A stretch of DNA of 64,000 nt. It comes from Octopus vulgaris (lineage: Eukaryota). The notes beneath the pieces were generated by a model, which worked only from the letters and a program-made list of their open reading frames with translations, had not been told where the DNA came from and searched no databases. This document shows positions 12,867 through 26,862 of the stretch, piece after piece; position 1 is the stretch's first letter; every line of letters starts with the position of its first letter. The stretch lies in contig OX597842.1 of NCBI GenBank assembly GCA_951406725.2, positions 21,266,001 to 21,330,000 of the forward strand, written 5' to 3'. The translations under genes and the position numbers were made by a program.

Positions 12867-12968
12867 TGAATCCTTGGCATCATGTTTTTATTTTGATCAA
12901 TTTACTCCACCACCTACACCACCAAACGGTATACACAGGTGCTTATAATTATCAAGTACTCACCCCGA

Positions 12969-13013
<45 letters not shown>

Positions 13014-13739
13014 TATATATATTCTTTTCTTTTTTATTTATTTCTGTCATTTGACTGCGGCCATAAAGGAGCGTAGCCTTTAGTCGAACAAATCGATCCC
13101 AGGACTTATTCTTTGTAAACCTAGTACTTATTCAATCAGTCTCTTTTGCCGAACCCCTAGGTTACGAGAAGAGAAATACATCAAGATCGGTTGTCAAGCG
13201 ATGCTGGGGAGTACAAACACAGACACAAAGACAAACACAAATATATACATACATATAAACACATACACACACATATACACACTTATACACACACTTATAT
13301 AATATATGTTATATATATATATATGTTATATATACATACATATACATATAAGCACACACACACAGTGTGATATTTTCATACGTTTCTGTCAGTGTCGGCC
13401 TGGGACATGTCTAAATTTATAGCACAACCTGGTGAAGTCTTTCAAATCAGGATTAGGACAACATGGCCCACTCAAGTTCAGAGTTATTTTCTACGGAGAC
13501 TTATCCAGTTTATCCGGGGTTTCTTGAAGGAATTTGTCCAAAGACTTCTCGAACTTTACTATTTCTGCTTTAATGTGTTTTGGTATGTTGTTAAGGAGAC
13601 GGGGTCAACTGAGGTGAAATAATTGCGCCGTATTTTTGTTTTAAGATGCGAGTGTGATTTATGTTGTGGGCGAATAGCACGGAGCCCAAGCCTTGGGCGT
13701 ATCTTAAAGGTGAGAATATTAAAAAAATTATCAACTATC

Positions 13740-14040
13740 TTACAAACAATAACTCTGAGCATATCGCTGAGAGTTGCTGAAGCATGGAACAAACTGCCAG
13801 CATCAGTTGTTAGTTGTCGGAGGACTGCATCCTTCAAAACTTCCATGCTTCCTGAGATTCGCCAACACTACACCTGATTTTCTCCCCTCCATACACACAC
13901 AAGCATGTATCTGACTCATACACTGTTCCCTTCCCTGACATTTGTACATTACTGCATATACTTTATACGCACTTTTTGACAAGTTGTGGTACACCTGAGC
14001 ACTGTATACAATAATTTCATTATTATTATTTGTTTTATTA
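13740..14040 (+). mobile_element. CR1/L2-group LINE 3' end
   Basis: LRVAEAWNKLPASVVSC..TASFK followed by a 3' UTR and an (ATT)n tail. Confidence 0.75.
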
Positions 14041-14089
14041 TTATTTATTTTTATTATTATATATCTTGGGTGTATCTTATAGGAGATAA

Positions 14090-14202
<113 letters not shown>

Positions 14203-14899
14203 AGGTTTCTGTAAACAATACATATTAAAACCTGTTTGAATCGTGACACCATTTTTTAGATTTTTTATGTGGCTGCTTTATTTCATAAGTAGTTGGACAC
14301 ACCCAAGTAATGACACATACACCTGCAGGTGTGTATGTATGTAATTGTATATGTATGTATTATGTATGTGTGTATGTATGTACGTATGTATATGCATATA
14401 TATATATATATAATGATAAATATCAAAGTGAGTTATATACAGTAGCGGTAACACATCGTGACGTATTTTTGCCATTTCAATATGGCTAACCCCTAAGGGT
14501 GGATGCTACTGTAGTCCGTGTGTATCATAAGTTGAAGACGGGAAGGATGACTTCTCTTTGCAAATACTGACAGGACACAGAAAGTGTGTCTATGGCCAGC
14601 TGGAGGAGTGTGTCCTCCTGGGGCTAAAAACTACAGTAGCATCCACCCTTAGGGGTTAGCCATATTGAAATGGCAAAAATACGTCACTATATATATATAT
14701 ATATATATGCAAACACACACACACACACACACACAAATGTGAATGTATCTTTGCTATGGGATAATTTCCTGCAAACCGACGGCTCTTGTACATGATCACT
14801 TACACAAATATTGGTTTCAAAATTTGGTACAAGGGCAACAATTTCAGGGGAAGGGTTTAGTGGATTACATTGACCTTAGTGCTTATCTGGTACTTATTA

Positions 14900-15380
14900 T
14901 ATGAAATTATTGTATACAGTGCTCAGGTGCACCACAATTTGTCAAAAAGTGCGTATAAAGTATGTGCAGTAATGTATAAATATCTGGAAAGCGAATAATG
15001 TATGAGTCAGATACGGGCTTGCGTGTGTGTATGGAGGGGAGAAAATCAGGTGGAGTGTTGGTGAATCTCAGGAAGTTTTGAAGGATGCAGTGCTCCGATA
15101 ACTAACAACTCATGTCGGCAGTTTGTTCCATGCTTCAGCAACTCTCAACGTGAAAAAATGTTTCCTAAAGTCATGGGAGCTGTGCTGTTTTCTGACTTTG
15201 TAAACATGCCCACGGGTGTTAGACGGGTGGAGTTTAAAAAGGTGCTCAGAGTTATTGTTTGTAAGATGGTTAATAATTTTATGGGTGTCTGCCAAGTCAG
15301 CTGCCAGATGTCGGAGTTTCAATGTATCCATGCCCAAGGAAATAAGGCGTTCAGGATATGGCAAATGCCTGATGGAGGGT
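14900..15380 (-). mobile_element. CR1/L2-group LINE 3' end, same family as 13740
   Basis: PYPERLISLGMDTLKLR...NTRGH...RKHFFTLRVAEAWNKLP. Confidence 0.8.
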
Positions 15381-15814
15381 ATTCTCTTATATCGACCCCG
15401 AAAGCATGAAAAGCAAAACCGACCATGGCGGAATTTGAAATCAGAACACAAGGAAAGACGAAATGTCCCCAAGTATTTTGGCCGGACTGCTAACGATTCT
15501 GCCAGCTCGCCACCTTTAGTAATACTAATTTTCATATTAACACTCTATTGAATTAATCTATACACAGATATGCGTACATTTATGGTAAACTAAAGAAATG
15601 ATTAACAATCTGTTATTGATCAATTAGGGGGATATCATCTATGTCTAAGGTAGAAATGGTCCTGGTGGCGGAATCGAGTGGGTTGCGATAGTGAAATACA
15701 GAAGAAATCCTTAAGTCTGTAACAGATTAATGAGAAACTTATTTTGACCTTGGAAATACGACTTAAAAATTTTACTTAACAACTACGACACTTAATTTAC
15801 GTACATTAATATCA

Positions 15815-16095
15815 ATGTATGTATGTATGTATGTATGTATGTATGTATGTATGTATGTATGTATGTATGTATGTATGTATGTATGTATGTTTGCGTGTGT
15901 GTGTATGTATGTATGTATGTATGTATGCTTGTATGTATGTATTTATGTATGTATGTATGCATGTATGTATGTATGTATGTATCTATGTATGTATGTATGT
16001 ATGTATGCTTGTATGTATGTATGTATGTATGTATGTATGTATGTATGTATGTATGTATGTATGTATTTATGTATGTATGTATGTATGTATGTATG
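15815..16095. repeat. (TATG)n microsatellite
   Basis: Direct reading. Confidence 0.95.
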
Positions 16096-16350
16096 TGTTT
16101 GTGAGCCAGTCCAAATAATGCTAATTCCATAAAACTGCAGCGTGAAAAAGTTATAGAAAAGAATCATTGAACGCCTCAAGTAAGAAGGCCTTTTGTTGTT
16201 TCACTTGAAATAACATTTGGAACATAATAGTGTGACGACGACCAGTTTTTCAAGTTTTTCTCTCCTGCAACGCCTTGAAATTTTAGTACAAAAGCAGTGA
16301 TTAAGCGTTCGTATTTGGTGGTAAACAATCATTATTGTCATTATTACACC

Positions 16351-16406
<56 letters not shown>

Positions 16407-16508
16407 CACACGCGCGCGCACGCCCACACACAATACACACAGAGGCATGTCTATATTTCAAATATAAAAGTGTAAAAACCTACCTTTTTTATGTGTCTTC
16501 TCTCCTAC

Positions 16509-16740
<232 letters not shown>

Positions 16741-17323
16741 TATAGACATATGGTAGGTTGGCAGGGAGGTAGGTATGTGGGCCGGTAGGTAAATAGGTAG
16801 GTAGGTAGGTAGTAAGCTAGGTATACACGGTTAGACTTGAGACATTGTGTTTACTTGGATTCCAAAATACAAATAATAAAATATATATTGACCTTCACCG
16901 CAAACTCACTCATGATCTTCATACCTCCAGAGGTAGCAGACAAGAGTTCGTTTCATTTGTGTGCCCTGGATATTATTCAAGTTATGGCTGTCTTGAAACA
17001 ACTGTCGAGAGAAGGCTTTATATAATTCTTCTATTTAGTTTGTTTCGTTCCTCTTCATTTTGTATTCTGTATTTTGTGTGTTCCAAGCTTAAATGTATTT
17101 ATCTACCTTGCTATCTCCATAACAGTTCGATAACAATTACACTTCCAGGTAACTGTCTATGCTGAAGAGCTGGTCGTGAATAAAGAGGATGTAGTCAAGT
17201 TCTCATCCATTTGAGTACTACACTAAGATATATACACTAAGATTATGTGGCTTTCATCTACTCACTGTATATGTACAAACAGACACAGACAGAGACATAC
17301 ACACGCACACCCACATATATATA

Positions 17324-17552
17324 TTTCTTTATTGCCCACAAGGGGCTAAACACAGAGGGGACAAACAAGAATAGACAAAGGGTTTAAGTTTATTACATCG
17401 ACCCCAGTGCGAAACGGGTACTTTATTTATCGACCCCGAAAGGATGAAAGGCAAAGTCGACCTCGACGGAATTTGAACTCAGAACGTAACGGCAGACGAA
17501 ATACGGCTACGCATTTCGCCTGGCGCGCTAACGTTTCTGCCAGCTCGCCGCC
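17324..17552 (-). mobile_element. SINE family B
   Basis: Matches the 10394 copy in reverse complement. Confidence 0.85.
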
Positions 17553-17572
17553 TTGCACATACATATATATAC

Positions 17573-17612
<40 letters not shown>

Positions 17613-18061
17613 AGAGAAAGAAAGAAAGAAGGAAAAAGAAATAGAAATGCTATGTTTGTCGGCACTCAAACATAGCTGTTCTAAACCCCAGACCCTGAAC
17701 GGTTTCGACCTCTTTGTGGTCATCCACGGTGGACGTACACATGGGCGCGCGCGTCAGTGTGGACGTGTATAGTGGAATAGTGGTGTAAGCACGGAACAAC
17801 TAGTTTCAGCTGTTTAACCGCATCTGATCTCACCTGATACCGATTATTTCCCTATTCTGCCTTTCTTCTGTTATACACGCTGCTGCTCACTTGAATCACT
17901 GCCTTAAGCTAATCTTTATCAAGCAGTTATAACATACCGGTTATTTTAGTTGCTGTTCAAGTTAAAGCTTCGGTTATAAGTCACCATGAGCACTAAATGC
18001 ATGTATCTATTATCTTTCGTCAGCAGACGCAAAATTACCAGAATTTTATATAAGTGTATAT

Positions 18062-18577
18062 ATAGGCATAGGAATGGCTGTGTGGTAAGTAGCTTGCTTA
18101 CCAACCACATGGTTCCGGGTTTAGTCCCACTGTGTGGTACCATGGGCAAGTGTCTTCTGCTATAGCCTCGGGCCGACCAAAGCCTTGTGAGTGGATTTGG
18201 TAGACGGAAACTGAAAGAAGCCCGTCGTATATATTATAGGCATAGGAGTGGCTGTGTGGTAAGTAGCTTGCTTACCAACCACATGGTTCCGGGTTCAGTC
18301 CCACTGCGTGGCACCTTGGGCAAGTATCTTCTACTATAGCCTCAAGCCGACCAAAGTCTTGTGAGTGGATTTGGTAGACGGAAACTGAAAGAAGCCCGTC
18401 GTATATATTATCGGTGTAGGAGTGGCTGTGTGGTAAGTAGCTTGCTTACCAACCACATGGTTCCAGGTTCAGTCCCACTGCGTGGCACCTTGGGCAAAGT
18501 ATCTTCTACTATAACCTCGGGCCGACCAAGCCTCGTGAGTGGATTTGGTTGACGGAAACTGAAAGAAGCCCATCGTA

Positions 18578-18637
<60 letters not shown>

Positions 18638-18885
18638 GTATATGAGTGTGTGTATATGTTTGTGTGTCTGTGTTTGTCCCCCTCCCCTCACATCGCTTGA
18701 CAACAGATGCTGGTGTGTTTACGTCTCCGTAACTTAGTGGTTCGGCAAAAGAGACCGATGGAATAAGTACTAGTCTTACAAAGAATAAGTCCTGGGGTCG
18801 ATTTCCTCGACTAAAGGCGGTGCTCCAGCATGGCCGCAGTCAAATGACTGAAACAAGTAAAAGAGTAAAAAGAGAGTAAGAGTAT
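18062..18885 (+). mobile_element. SINE family A with three tandem heads (174-bp period)
   Basis: Head restarts at about 18064, 18238 and 18412; single tail. Confidence 0.9.
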
Positions 18886-21619
18886 AGCGGGGAGCCTGTC
18901 CGAACCCACTGCTGAATCAGTTTTGATTTCTCTTATTGTTGCTAAGATATCAGTAGCGTCGAAGGAAGGACATGTTGAGTATTCAAAGAAGCAAAGCTGC
19001 TTGAGTCAACTGAATCAGGGTCACTGAAAACAGAGCAGTATTAACTTTGCAGGATCTCAGCCATGTCCTGAATCGTAAATTTTGTCTGCTGTTTTTATGA
19101 AATTGCTGTTATTATTGGGTTAAAGGTAATTTTCGAAATATATGAGTAACAAACAACTTAATACATTCCTGGCAGTAAAGAAAGTAGACATTGTAACTTC
19201 TAAATGAATGACTATTCCTGTCATCATGTCTGAGAACTGGTATCCTCAAATACAACCAACATTCTACCATTTGTTGTGCCTTTATGCTCACCTAAGGATG
19301 CATAATCAGTGAGCCCTGAGTTTTCTTCTGACTCAATTTATTGCCAGTATTGAGTCCCTTTTCTTTCCCTTTTCACAACCACTCACAAATATTGTGGGTT
19401 TATGTTCCTAGACATCCCTCCCCCATCTGTGGCTGTTAAACCCACATTGGCCTCCCAGTTTTATCGCCAGTGTGACTGGATACAGTAGTTCCCTCTCCCA
19501 GACACATCCTACCAAACTGTACAAAACCGTCCTGGTTCTATCATACGAACTCCTTGTTTTAAAGATATCTAAATTAAAACCTTATTTTATGTTAATTCAT
19601 GTTCCAAACATCAGCTTAAAAATGAATGTTATTTTCCTAAATTCTTTCTTATTTTCAAAATAAATGGATATAAAGGTAGTATATTTCAACAGAAATAGGG
19701 TAACAAAAGGGTAAGCAAAGCTGAAAAAGGGACAGATCTCAGTGGTGTTACAACAGACCAAACAACCTGCAGTTCTTAAGTCTCTGTGCAACTGTTAGAT
19801 CACACAGGAGGACAATTTTGAACATAATTTTCATTTGGTTTACATTAAAATTAGGTATACTGATTTTTCAAAACTATAGTTAGTTTTCCTCTCCCATCCA
19901 AAATGCTTCTTCTACAGCTTACTCTCTGAATAAGCACTCTTGTATCTTTACTCATAACAATGGAAAACATTTTATTTGTCATAGTTTTCACAATTAGTCC
20001 TACTTTAATTTGATGGTTTTGGGTTCAGAAATGCCCTCAGAAATTTTTTAGCATGTCGAGATTTTCGCTAAACAGGAATTTTAACAAAGCTTTTCAGTCT
20101 TGCAATTAAATGCATACCAAAATAAGAAACTAATACAAAACAAATAGTACTTTTGTAGCAGGATATATCTCAAACAATCAACTTTAAAATGTACGTATCA
20201 TCTCAATATTGTGGCTTCTTTACAGAATATCAGGGGACAGGTTGAAAGTTCGATAATATTTTATTGAAAATCGTTTTAGATTGTTTTATTTGCGTTTCCA
20301 TCAGGTTATTCTAAGCACATATAGGATGGAAATTATATAAATATGATATTGCACAACAAATTTCTAAAGAAATTCTGCAACTGGGAATTTGCCAAAAATT
20401 GCAAGAAACTCAAAATGAAAACAAGGTTTGTTTATCAAAAGATAATATCCAAATGGAAGCAAAAATAAGGGGGAAATCTGAGGAAAATAGGGGAATAAAT
20501 ATATTTTTTTACGAAACAAATTGTTCTTTCTAGGAAACTGAAATTAGAAAATACAAAAATTTAAATTTGTTCAAAGGTTTTTGCAAAAAAAAAAAACGCA
20601 TTGTTCTCCAAACCTGAATAATAACAGTCAAAGGGAAATAACCACAGTTCTTTAAAGGGATGTAATAAGAGTGCCCCTTTCTTACAAACACCCTAGCCGC
20701 ATAGGCAGTTGCTGTGTTTGTTGTTCGTTAATAATTTTTTCTTCTTCATAAGCGATCAAAACAAGTTTGGAAATATTATTCTGTATGAAAACCATTTATG
20801 TCGATGTCTTTTATGAAATGTTGGCAATGTTACGAATGACTATGAATTGACAACAGAAATATTTTGAAAAGTATTTAAAATATTCGTAAGCACAAATAAC
20901 GAAATACGCTTAGTACATTTGCTTAGACTGTTAATGGCAATAAGCGAAACTTCCAGTCTTCGAGTCACTCTGTAACTTTGACCATATTATATAAAATAAG
21001 ACATATTTATGTTTCGTATTAGCGTAGAAATCAATTAATTTCACCTTCTATTGATCTATTTTTTAACTTAATTTAAATCCTCATTTAAATCTTGCCGTCG
21101 CGTGAGATATATTTGCTGCGGAATAATCATTTGCACCAATAAAATATTTTGTCGAAATAAACGACAAAACTGTCAGAAATGATCAAATGTCATTTTTTCC
21201 TCGTTGGAGCCTTTCTTTTATCAAATAAATCTTCTCAAATGTGTGTAATGTAATATTAACTTCGTGTTTGTCATGAGAACCCAGTTATTTCATATCAAAA
21301 CAATTGTTGCTTCCCACTCCAATGTACACTTTTCTATATTTCCTTGTCATCCATCCATGGCCTTCTCGCTGGTGCTGTTAATATGAAATTGCGTCTTTAT
21401 GTTTTTCATTCCACCCTTGTTTTTTTCCATCTAAGTCATTCGTAACATTGCCAACATCTCATAAAAGACATCGACATAAACCCACAATAATTGTGTGTGT
21501 TTGTGAAAAGGGAAATGATAAAGGACTCAAATCTGGCAATAAATTGAGTCAGAAGAAAACTCAGGGCTCACTGATTATGCATCCTTAGGTGAGCATAAAG
21601 GCACAACGAATGGTAGAAT

Positions 21620-22285
21620 GGTAGATTTATAAAACATCATTTTTTCTTGGCTTTATTGAGAAAATTCTATAGTTTGTAACATATTTCCACTTTAAAATCG
21701 AGCATTTCGGCAATTTTAACCAATCGCTCACCTCCATTTGGGGTGAAAAGATTCCGTGCTGTATGAATATGTCCTTTGTTTAAGAAACCGATTGGGTTTA
21801 TTTACATTTGCGAAGAAAAAAAAGATACCCTTCTCCCACCCCTAACCCTAACCCTAACCCTAACCCTAATTCTAAAATAGATTGAAATGCAATAGATCGA
21901 TACTAGGGTCATAATTATGGGTGACATTTTCCTTTGACACCGCTAGAAAAAAATTCCATTTTCCGTAGAGGTATCGTATGAAATTGTCACCCATAATTAT
22001 GACCCTAGTATCGATCTATTGCATTTCAAACTATTTTAGGATTAGGGTTAGGGTTAGGGGTGGGGCAAGGGTATCTTTTTTTCTTCGCAAATGTAAATAA
22101 ACCCAATCGGTTTCTTAAACAAGGAACATATTCATACAGCACAGAATCTTTTCACCCAAAATGGAGGTGAGCGATTGGTTAAAATTGCCGAAATGCTCGA
22201 AATTTCAGACGAAATATCTTACAAACTATAGAATTTTCTCAATAAAGCCAAGAAAAAAATGATGTTTTATAAACACATTCTACCA
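21620..22285. repeat. Head-to-head inverted pair of an interspersed element containing (CCCTAA)n
   Basis: About 21620-21930 is the reverse complement of about 21980-22285; telomere-like hexamers at 21841-21869 and 22042-22059. Confidence 0.85.
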
Positions 22286-22415
22286 GTATACGAAGTTAAA
22301 AGTGTTTAGTTAACTAAAAATTGTGTTGACATGTGCCGTTCAAAAGGAAAAGATCCCCAAAAAGAAGCACAAAGCAAGTCAGAATGAAAGCGAAACCTTA
22401 CAAGATGCTACACGA

Positions 22416-22725
22416 GGACAACATATACTTGATACTAGCAAACAGCATACAACGAGAGGGAGCAAACATGAATAATTTAAGGAAAATTTAAGGACAACAT
22501 ATACTTGATACTAGCAAACAGCATACAACGAGAGGGAGCAAGCATGAATAATTTAAGGAAAATTTAAGGACAACATATACTTGATACTAGCAAACAGCAT
22601 ACAACGAGAGGCAGCAAACATGAATAATTTAAGGAAAATTTAAGGACAACATATACTTGATACTAGCAAACAGCATACAACGAGAGGCAGCAAACATGAA
22701 TAATTTAAGGAAAATTTGTGGACAA
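22416..22725. repeat. 76-bp minisatellite, 4 near-identical copies
   Basis: ggacaacatatacttgatactagc... starts at 22416, 22492, 22568, 22644 (partial at 22720). Confidence 0.95.
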
Positions 22726-22889
22726 TAAATACTTTTATGAAACATTTTTAATATTCTTTTTCTTTGCGTGTTTTACTAGTTTAAGCTAGTAAGTGTTTGT
22801 TTAAAATATAATTTGTAGGTACGAGTATAAACGAATATACACACGCAGGTCCACACACACATACACACACATACACATACATGCATACA

Positions 22890-23290
22890 CTCTCTCTTTT
22901 ACTTGTTTCAGTCATTTGACTGCGGCCATGCTGGAGCACCCCTTTAATCGAGCAACTCGACCCCGGGACTTATTCTTTTGTAAGTCCAGTACTTATTCTA
23001 TCGGTCTCTTTTGCCGAACCGCTAAGTGACGGGGACGTAAACACACCAGCATCGGTTGTCAAGCAATGCTAGGGGGACAAATACAGACACACAAACATAT
23101 ACACACACATACATATATATATACATATATACGACAGGCTTCTTTCAGTTTCCGTCTACCAAATCCACTCACAAGGCATTGGTCGGCACGAGGCTATAGT
23201 AGAAGACACTTGCCCAAGGTGCCACACAGTGGGACTGGACCCGGAACCTTATGGTTCATAAGCAAGCTACTTACCACACAGCCACTCCTG
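22890..23290 (-). mobile_element. SINE family A
   Basis: Matches family consensus. Confidence 0.9.
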
Positions 23291-24443
23291 AAATAATATA
23301 TAAATATATATGCATACATGCAAGTATATACGTACATACATATATTTGTATATACATGCGTATATCGGCACAGGACACCACGAAACGTAAAGAACATAAA
23401 ATAAATATAAAATACAAAAATTCAGCCATAATCGAGTTAATATTTCTTTTCTAAACAGTTTTATTTTTGGATGGGATTCTGTGTTCTCTTTTCCATTTAT
23501 GCAAACTATGAAAGTAAGTCGGAACACTCTGTATATGGCAGTAAGATTAGAACCAGGAAAATTCCTCACCACCATTAACAACACCTACAACAACAACAGC
23601 AGCAACAAGGCTCAGTGGGAATCATTAGCAAAATTATCATTTGCATAATGAAACAAGCTGAGAAGGAGTGTGTCTATAGAAGATATTATGATATTAAATG
23701 AATTTATCAGGCCAACAGGTTGACATTAGAAGCTAGAAATGTTGAATGTATTCGAATAACAATAACGGTGATGGGATTATCACAGTAATTAATAAATAAT
23801 TTCCATGGATCGAACAGAGCAACAAATAAAACAGTCGAACAAGCAAAAAAGAACAAGAGACAAAATAGCGTGTTACGATATGTGTACGTGCTTGAGTGTG
23901 TGTGTATGCATACATAGGGTAAGAAAGCGCTAAACAATGTGTATAATTACCAGCTTGTTACCAGTTCAAATATGCTTGAGGCCTACTCGAATCCGTAAAA
24001 AAGCCGTTCACAGTATATTGTTGTATTGGGGGGAAATTTTCGCTGTAAATACATAGGTGTAAACACACCATAGCCTAATGGTTAGGGTGTTACAGGTAGT
24101 AAAACAATACATTTCACGAGTTGTTCTGTTATCATTTCGACATCTTACGTGTGGCACACTTCTGGACATGTACAGGCAATGTCGATTTCATGGCAGGGAG
24201 CAAACCTACGAGCACAATAACTCCACACCCCCACCAAATATATATATATATGTTCTTCTTCTTCTTCTTCTTCTTCTTCTTCCCTACCAAGAATTCACAC
24301 GAACCTTGAATCCACAAGAGTAAACAAGAGAGACAAAGAAAGGCAGAAACAAGAAAAATGCCACTTATATTTGAACACTATACAAGTATTGTTTTAAAAC
24401 AACTTTTCTTTTAATTTTTCAAAATTTAATTATTTAATTGTTA

Positions 24444-24480
24444 CAGTTGAAAAGGTCTCAAATGACCGAAACCGGTACTG
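24444..24480 (+). ncRNA. Degenerate minimal hammerhead motif
   Basis: CAG-TTGAAAA-GGTC tcaaat GACC-GAAAC-CG-GTA-CTG; stems are intact but the CUGANGA box has 2 changes. Confidence 0.45.
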
Positions 24481-24528
24481 AAATGTTCTTTATAAAATTA
24501 TTTCAGCATTATCTATCTTGACTTGTTT

Positions 24529-24568
<40 letters not shown>

Positions 24569-25029
24569 GTCATCTTTTATTTTATACAAGTTTCAGCCAT
24601 GCTGGACACCACTTTGGAGAATTTTAATCAAGTTTATCGAATCCAGTATTTGTTATTTTATTTGTTAAGCCTTGTATCATTGTATCGGTCTCTTATCCCA
24701 AACCACAAAGTTACGGATGTGTAAACACACCGACACCGGTTGTCAAGCAGTGGTGAGGGGTCAAGCACTTAGCACACATACACACATTTATGATGGGTTC
24801 TTTTCAGATTCCGTCCATCAAATCCATTCACGCTTTAAGTATATATATATACTTAATATTAAGGAGTAAATCCAAACTTACAGGGAAAAATTAGATTTAG
24901 GATTAAATCTAATTTTATAGTATAAATATATATATATTAAATTAGAGATAAAACCACTATTAGGCAAATCAAACAGTGAAAAACATAAACCAAAACATAG
25001 AAATAAAATTAATTAATATAATATACAAA

Positions 25030-25069
<40 letters not shown>

Positions 25070-25184
25070 CATACATATATATATATATAAACTTTTGTAT
25101 AAGTTTTTACCGATAATGTTTTTTTTTTCCATACCGAACTACTTGGTAAAAGTTATTAATTATTGAATTAGTAATTCTTTACCC

Positions 25185-25466
25185 TGTATGTATGTATGTA
25201 TGTATGTATGTATGTATGTATGTATGTATGTATGTATGTATGTATGAATGTATGTGTGTGTGTATGTATGTATGTATGTATGTATGTATGTATCCAAGTG
25301 TGTATGTATGTGTATATATATATGTATGTATGTATGTATGCACGTATGTATGTATGTATGTAAGTATGTATGTATGTATGTATGTATGTATGTATGTATG
25401 TATGTGTGTGTATGTATGCATGCATGCATACATGTATGTATGTATGTATGTGTGTATGTATGTATG

Positions 25467-25497
<31 letters not shown>

Positions 25498-25686
25498 GTA
25501 TGTAAGTATGTATGTATGTATTTATGTATGTATGCATGTATGTATGCATGTATGTATGTATTTATGTATGTATGTATGTATGCATGTATGTATGTATGTA
25601 TGTATGTATGTATGTATGTGTGTGTGTATGTATGTATGTATGTATGTATGTATGTATGTATCCAAGTGTGTATGTATGTATTTGTA

Positions 25687-25720
<34 letters not shown>

Positions 25721-25846
25721 CACGTATGTATGTATGTATGTAAGTATGTATGTATGTATGTATGTATGTATGTATGTGTGTGTATGTATGCATGCATGCA
25801 TATATGTATGTATGTATGTATGTGTGTATGTATGCATGTATGCACG

Positions 25847-25877
<31 letters not shown>

Positions 25878-26050
25878 GTATGTAAGTATGTATGTATGTA
25901 TGCATGTATGTGTTTATGTATGTATGTATGCATGTATGTATGCATGTATGTATTTATGTATGTATGTATGTATGTATGTATGCATGCATGTATGTATGCA
26001 TGTATGTATGCATGTATGTTTGTATGTGTACGTATATATGTATGTATGTA
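25185..26050. repeat. Long imperfect (TATG)n tract
   Basis: Direct reading. Confidence 0.95.
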
Positions 26051-26862
26051 TTCCTTTACTCTTTTACTTGTTTCAGCCATTTGACTGAGGCCAAGCTGGA
26101 GCACCGCCTTTAGTCAAGCAAATCGACCCCAGGACTTATTCTTTGTAAGCCTCGTACTTATTCTATCGGATTTCTTGCCGAACCGCTTAGTTACGGGGAC
26201 GTAAACACACCAGCATCGGCTGTCAAGCGATGTTGGGTGGGGGCCAAACACAGACACACAAACACATACATATATATATATTTATATACGTCAGGCTTCT
26301 TTCAGTTTCCGTCAAGCAAATCCACTCACAAGGCTTTGGTCAGCTATAGAAGAAACACTTGCCCAAGGTACCACGAAGTGGGACTGAAATCGGGACCTTG
26401 TGGTTGTTAAGCAAGCTTCTTACCACACAGCCACTCCAGCGCCTATGTATAGAGTTGGTTAAAACATTTACTCTTTACTCTTTACTCTTTTACTTGTTTC
26501 AGTCATTTGACTGTGGCCATGCTGCAGCACCGCCTTTAGTCGAGCAAATCGACCCCGGGCTTTATTCTTTGTAAGCCCAGTACTTATTCTATCGTCCTCT
26601 TTTGCCGAACCGCTAAGTAACGGGGACATAAACACACCAGCATCGTTTGTCAAGCAATGCTAGGGGGACAAACACAGACACACAAACATATACACACACA
26701 TATATATATATATATGTATACATATATACGATGGGCTTCTTTCAGTTTCCGTCTACCAAATCCACTCACAAGGCATTGGTCGGCCCGAGGCTATAGAAGA
26801 AGACACTTGCCCAAGGTGCCACGCAGTGGGACTGAACCATGTGGTTGGTAAGCAAGCTAATT
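26050..26862 (-). mobile_element. Two adjacent SINE family A copies
   Basis: About 26050-26443 and 26470-26862. Confidence 0.9.

Larger units (their letters stand above)
11614..12900. mobile_element. Long inverted repeat (arms about 585 bp, spacer about 120 bp), Penelope-like inverted pLTR pair
   Basis: 11614-12195 is a near-identical reverse complement of 12315-12900; each arm holds a hammerhead motif; (TA)n nearby on both sides. Confidence 0.8.

Noticed and set aside
21841-22059. True telomere or chromosome fusion site
   Set aside because: Only 3-5 hexamers, embedded symmetrically within an interspersed element.
22416-22725. CRISPR-like array
   Set aside because: Units are contiguous with no unique spacers, and the context is eukaryotic.
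24146-24202. Possible minus-strand exon (MKSTLPVHVQKCAT then gtaag)
   Set aside because: Weak acceptor, no recognisable homology, no partner exons established.
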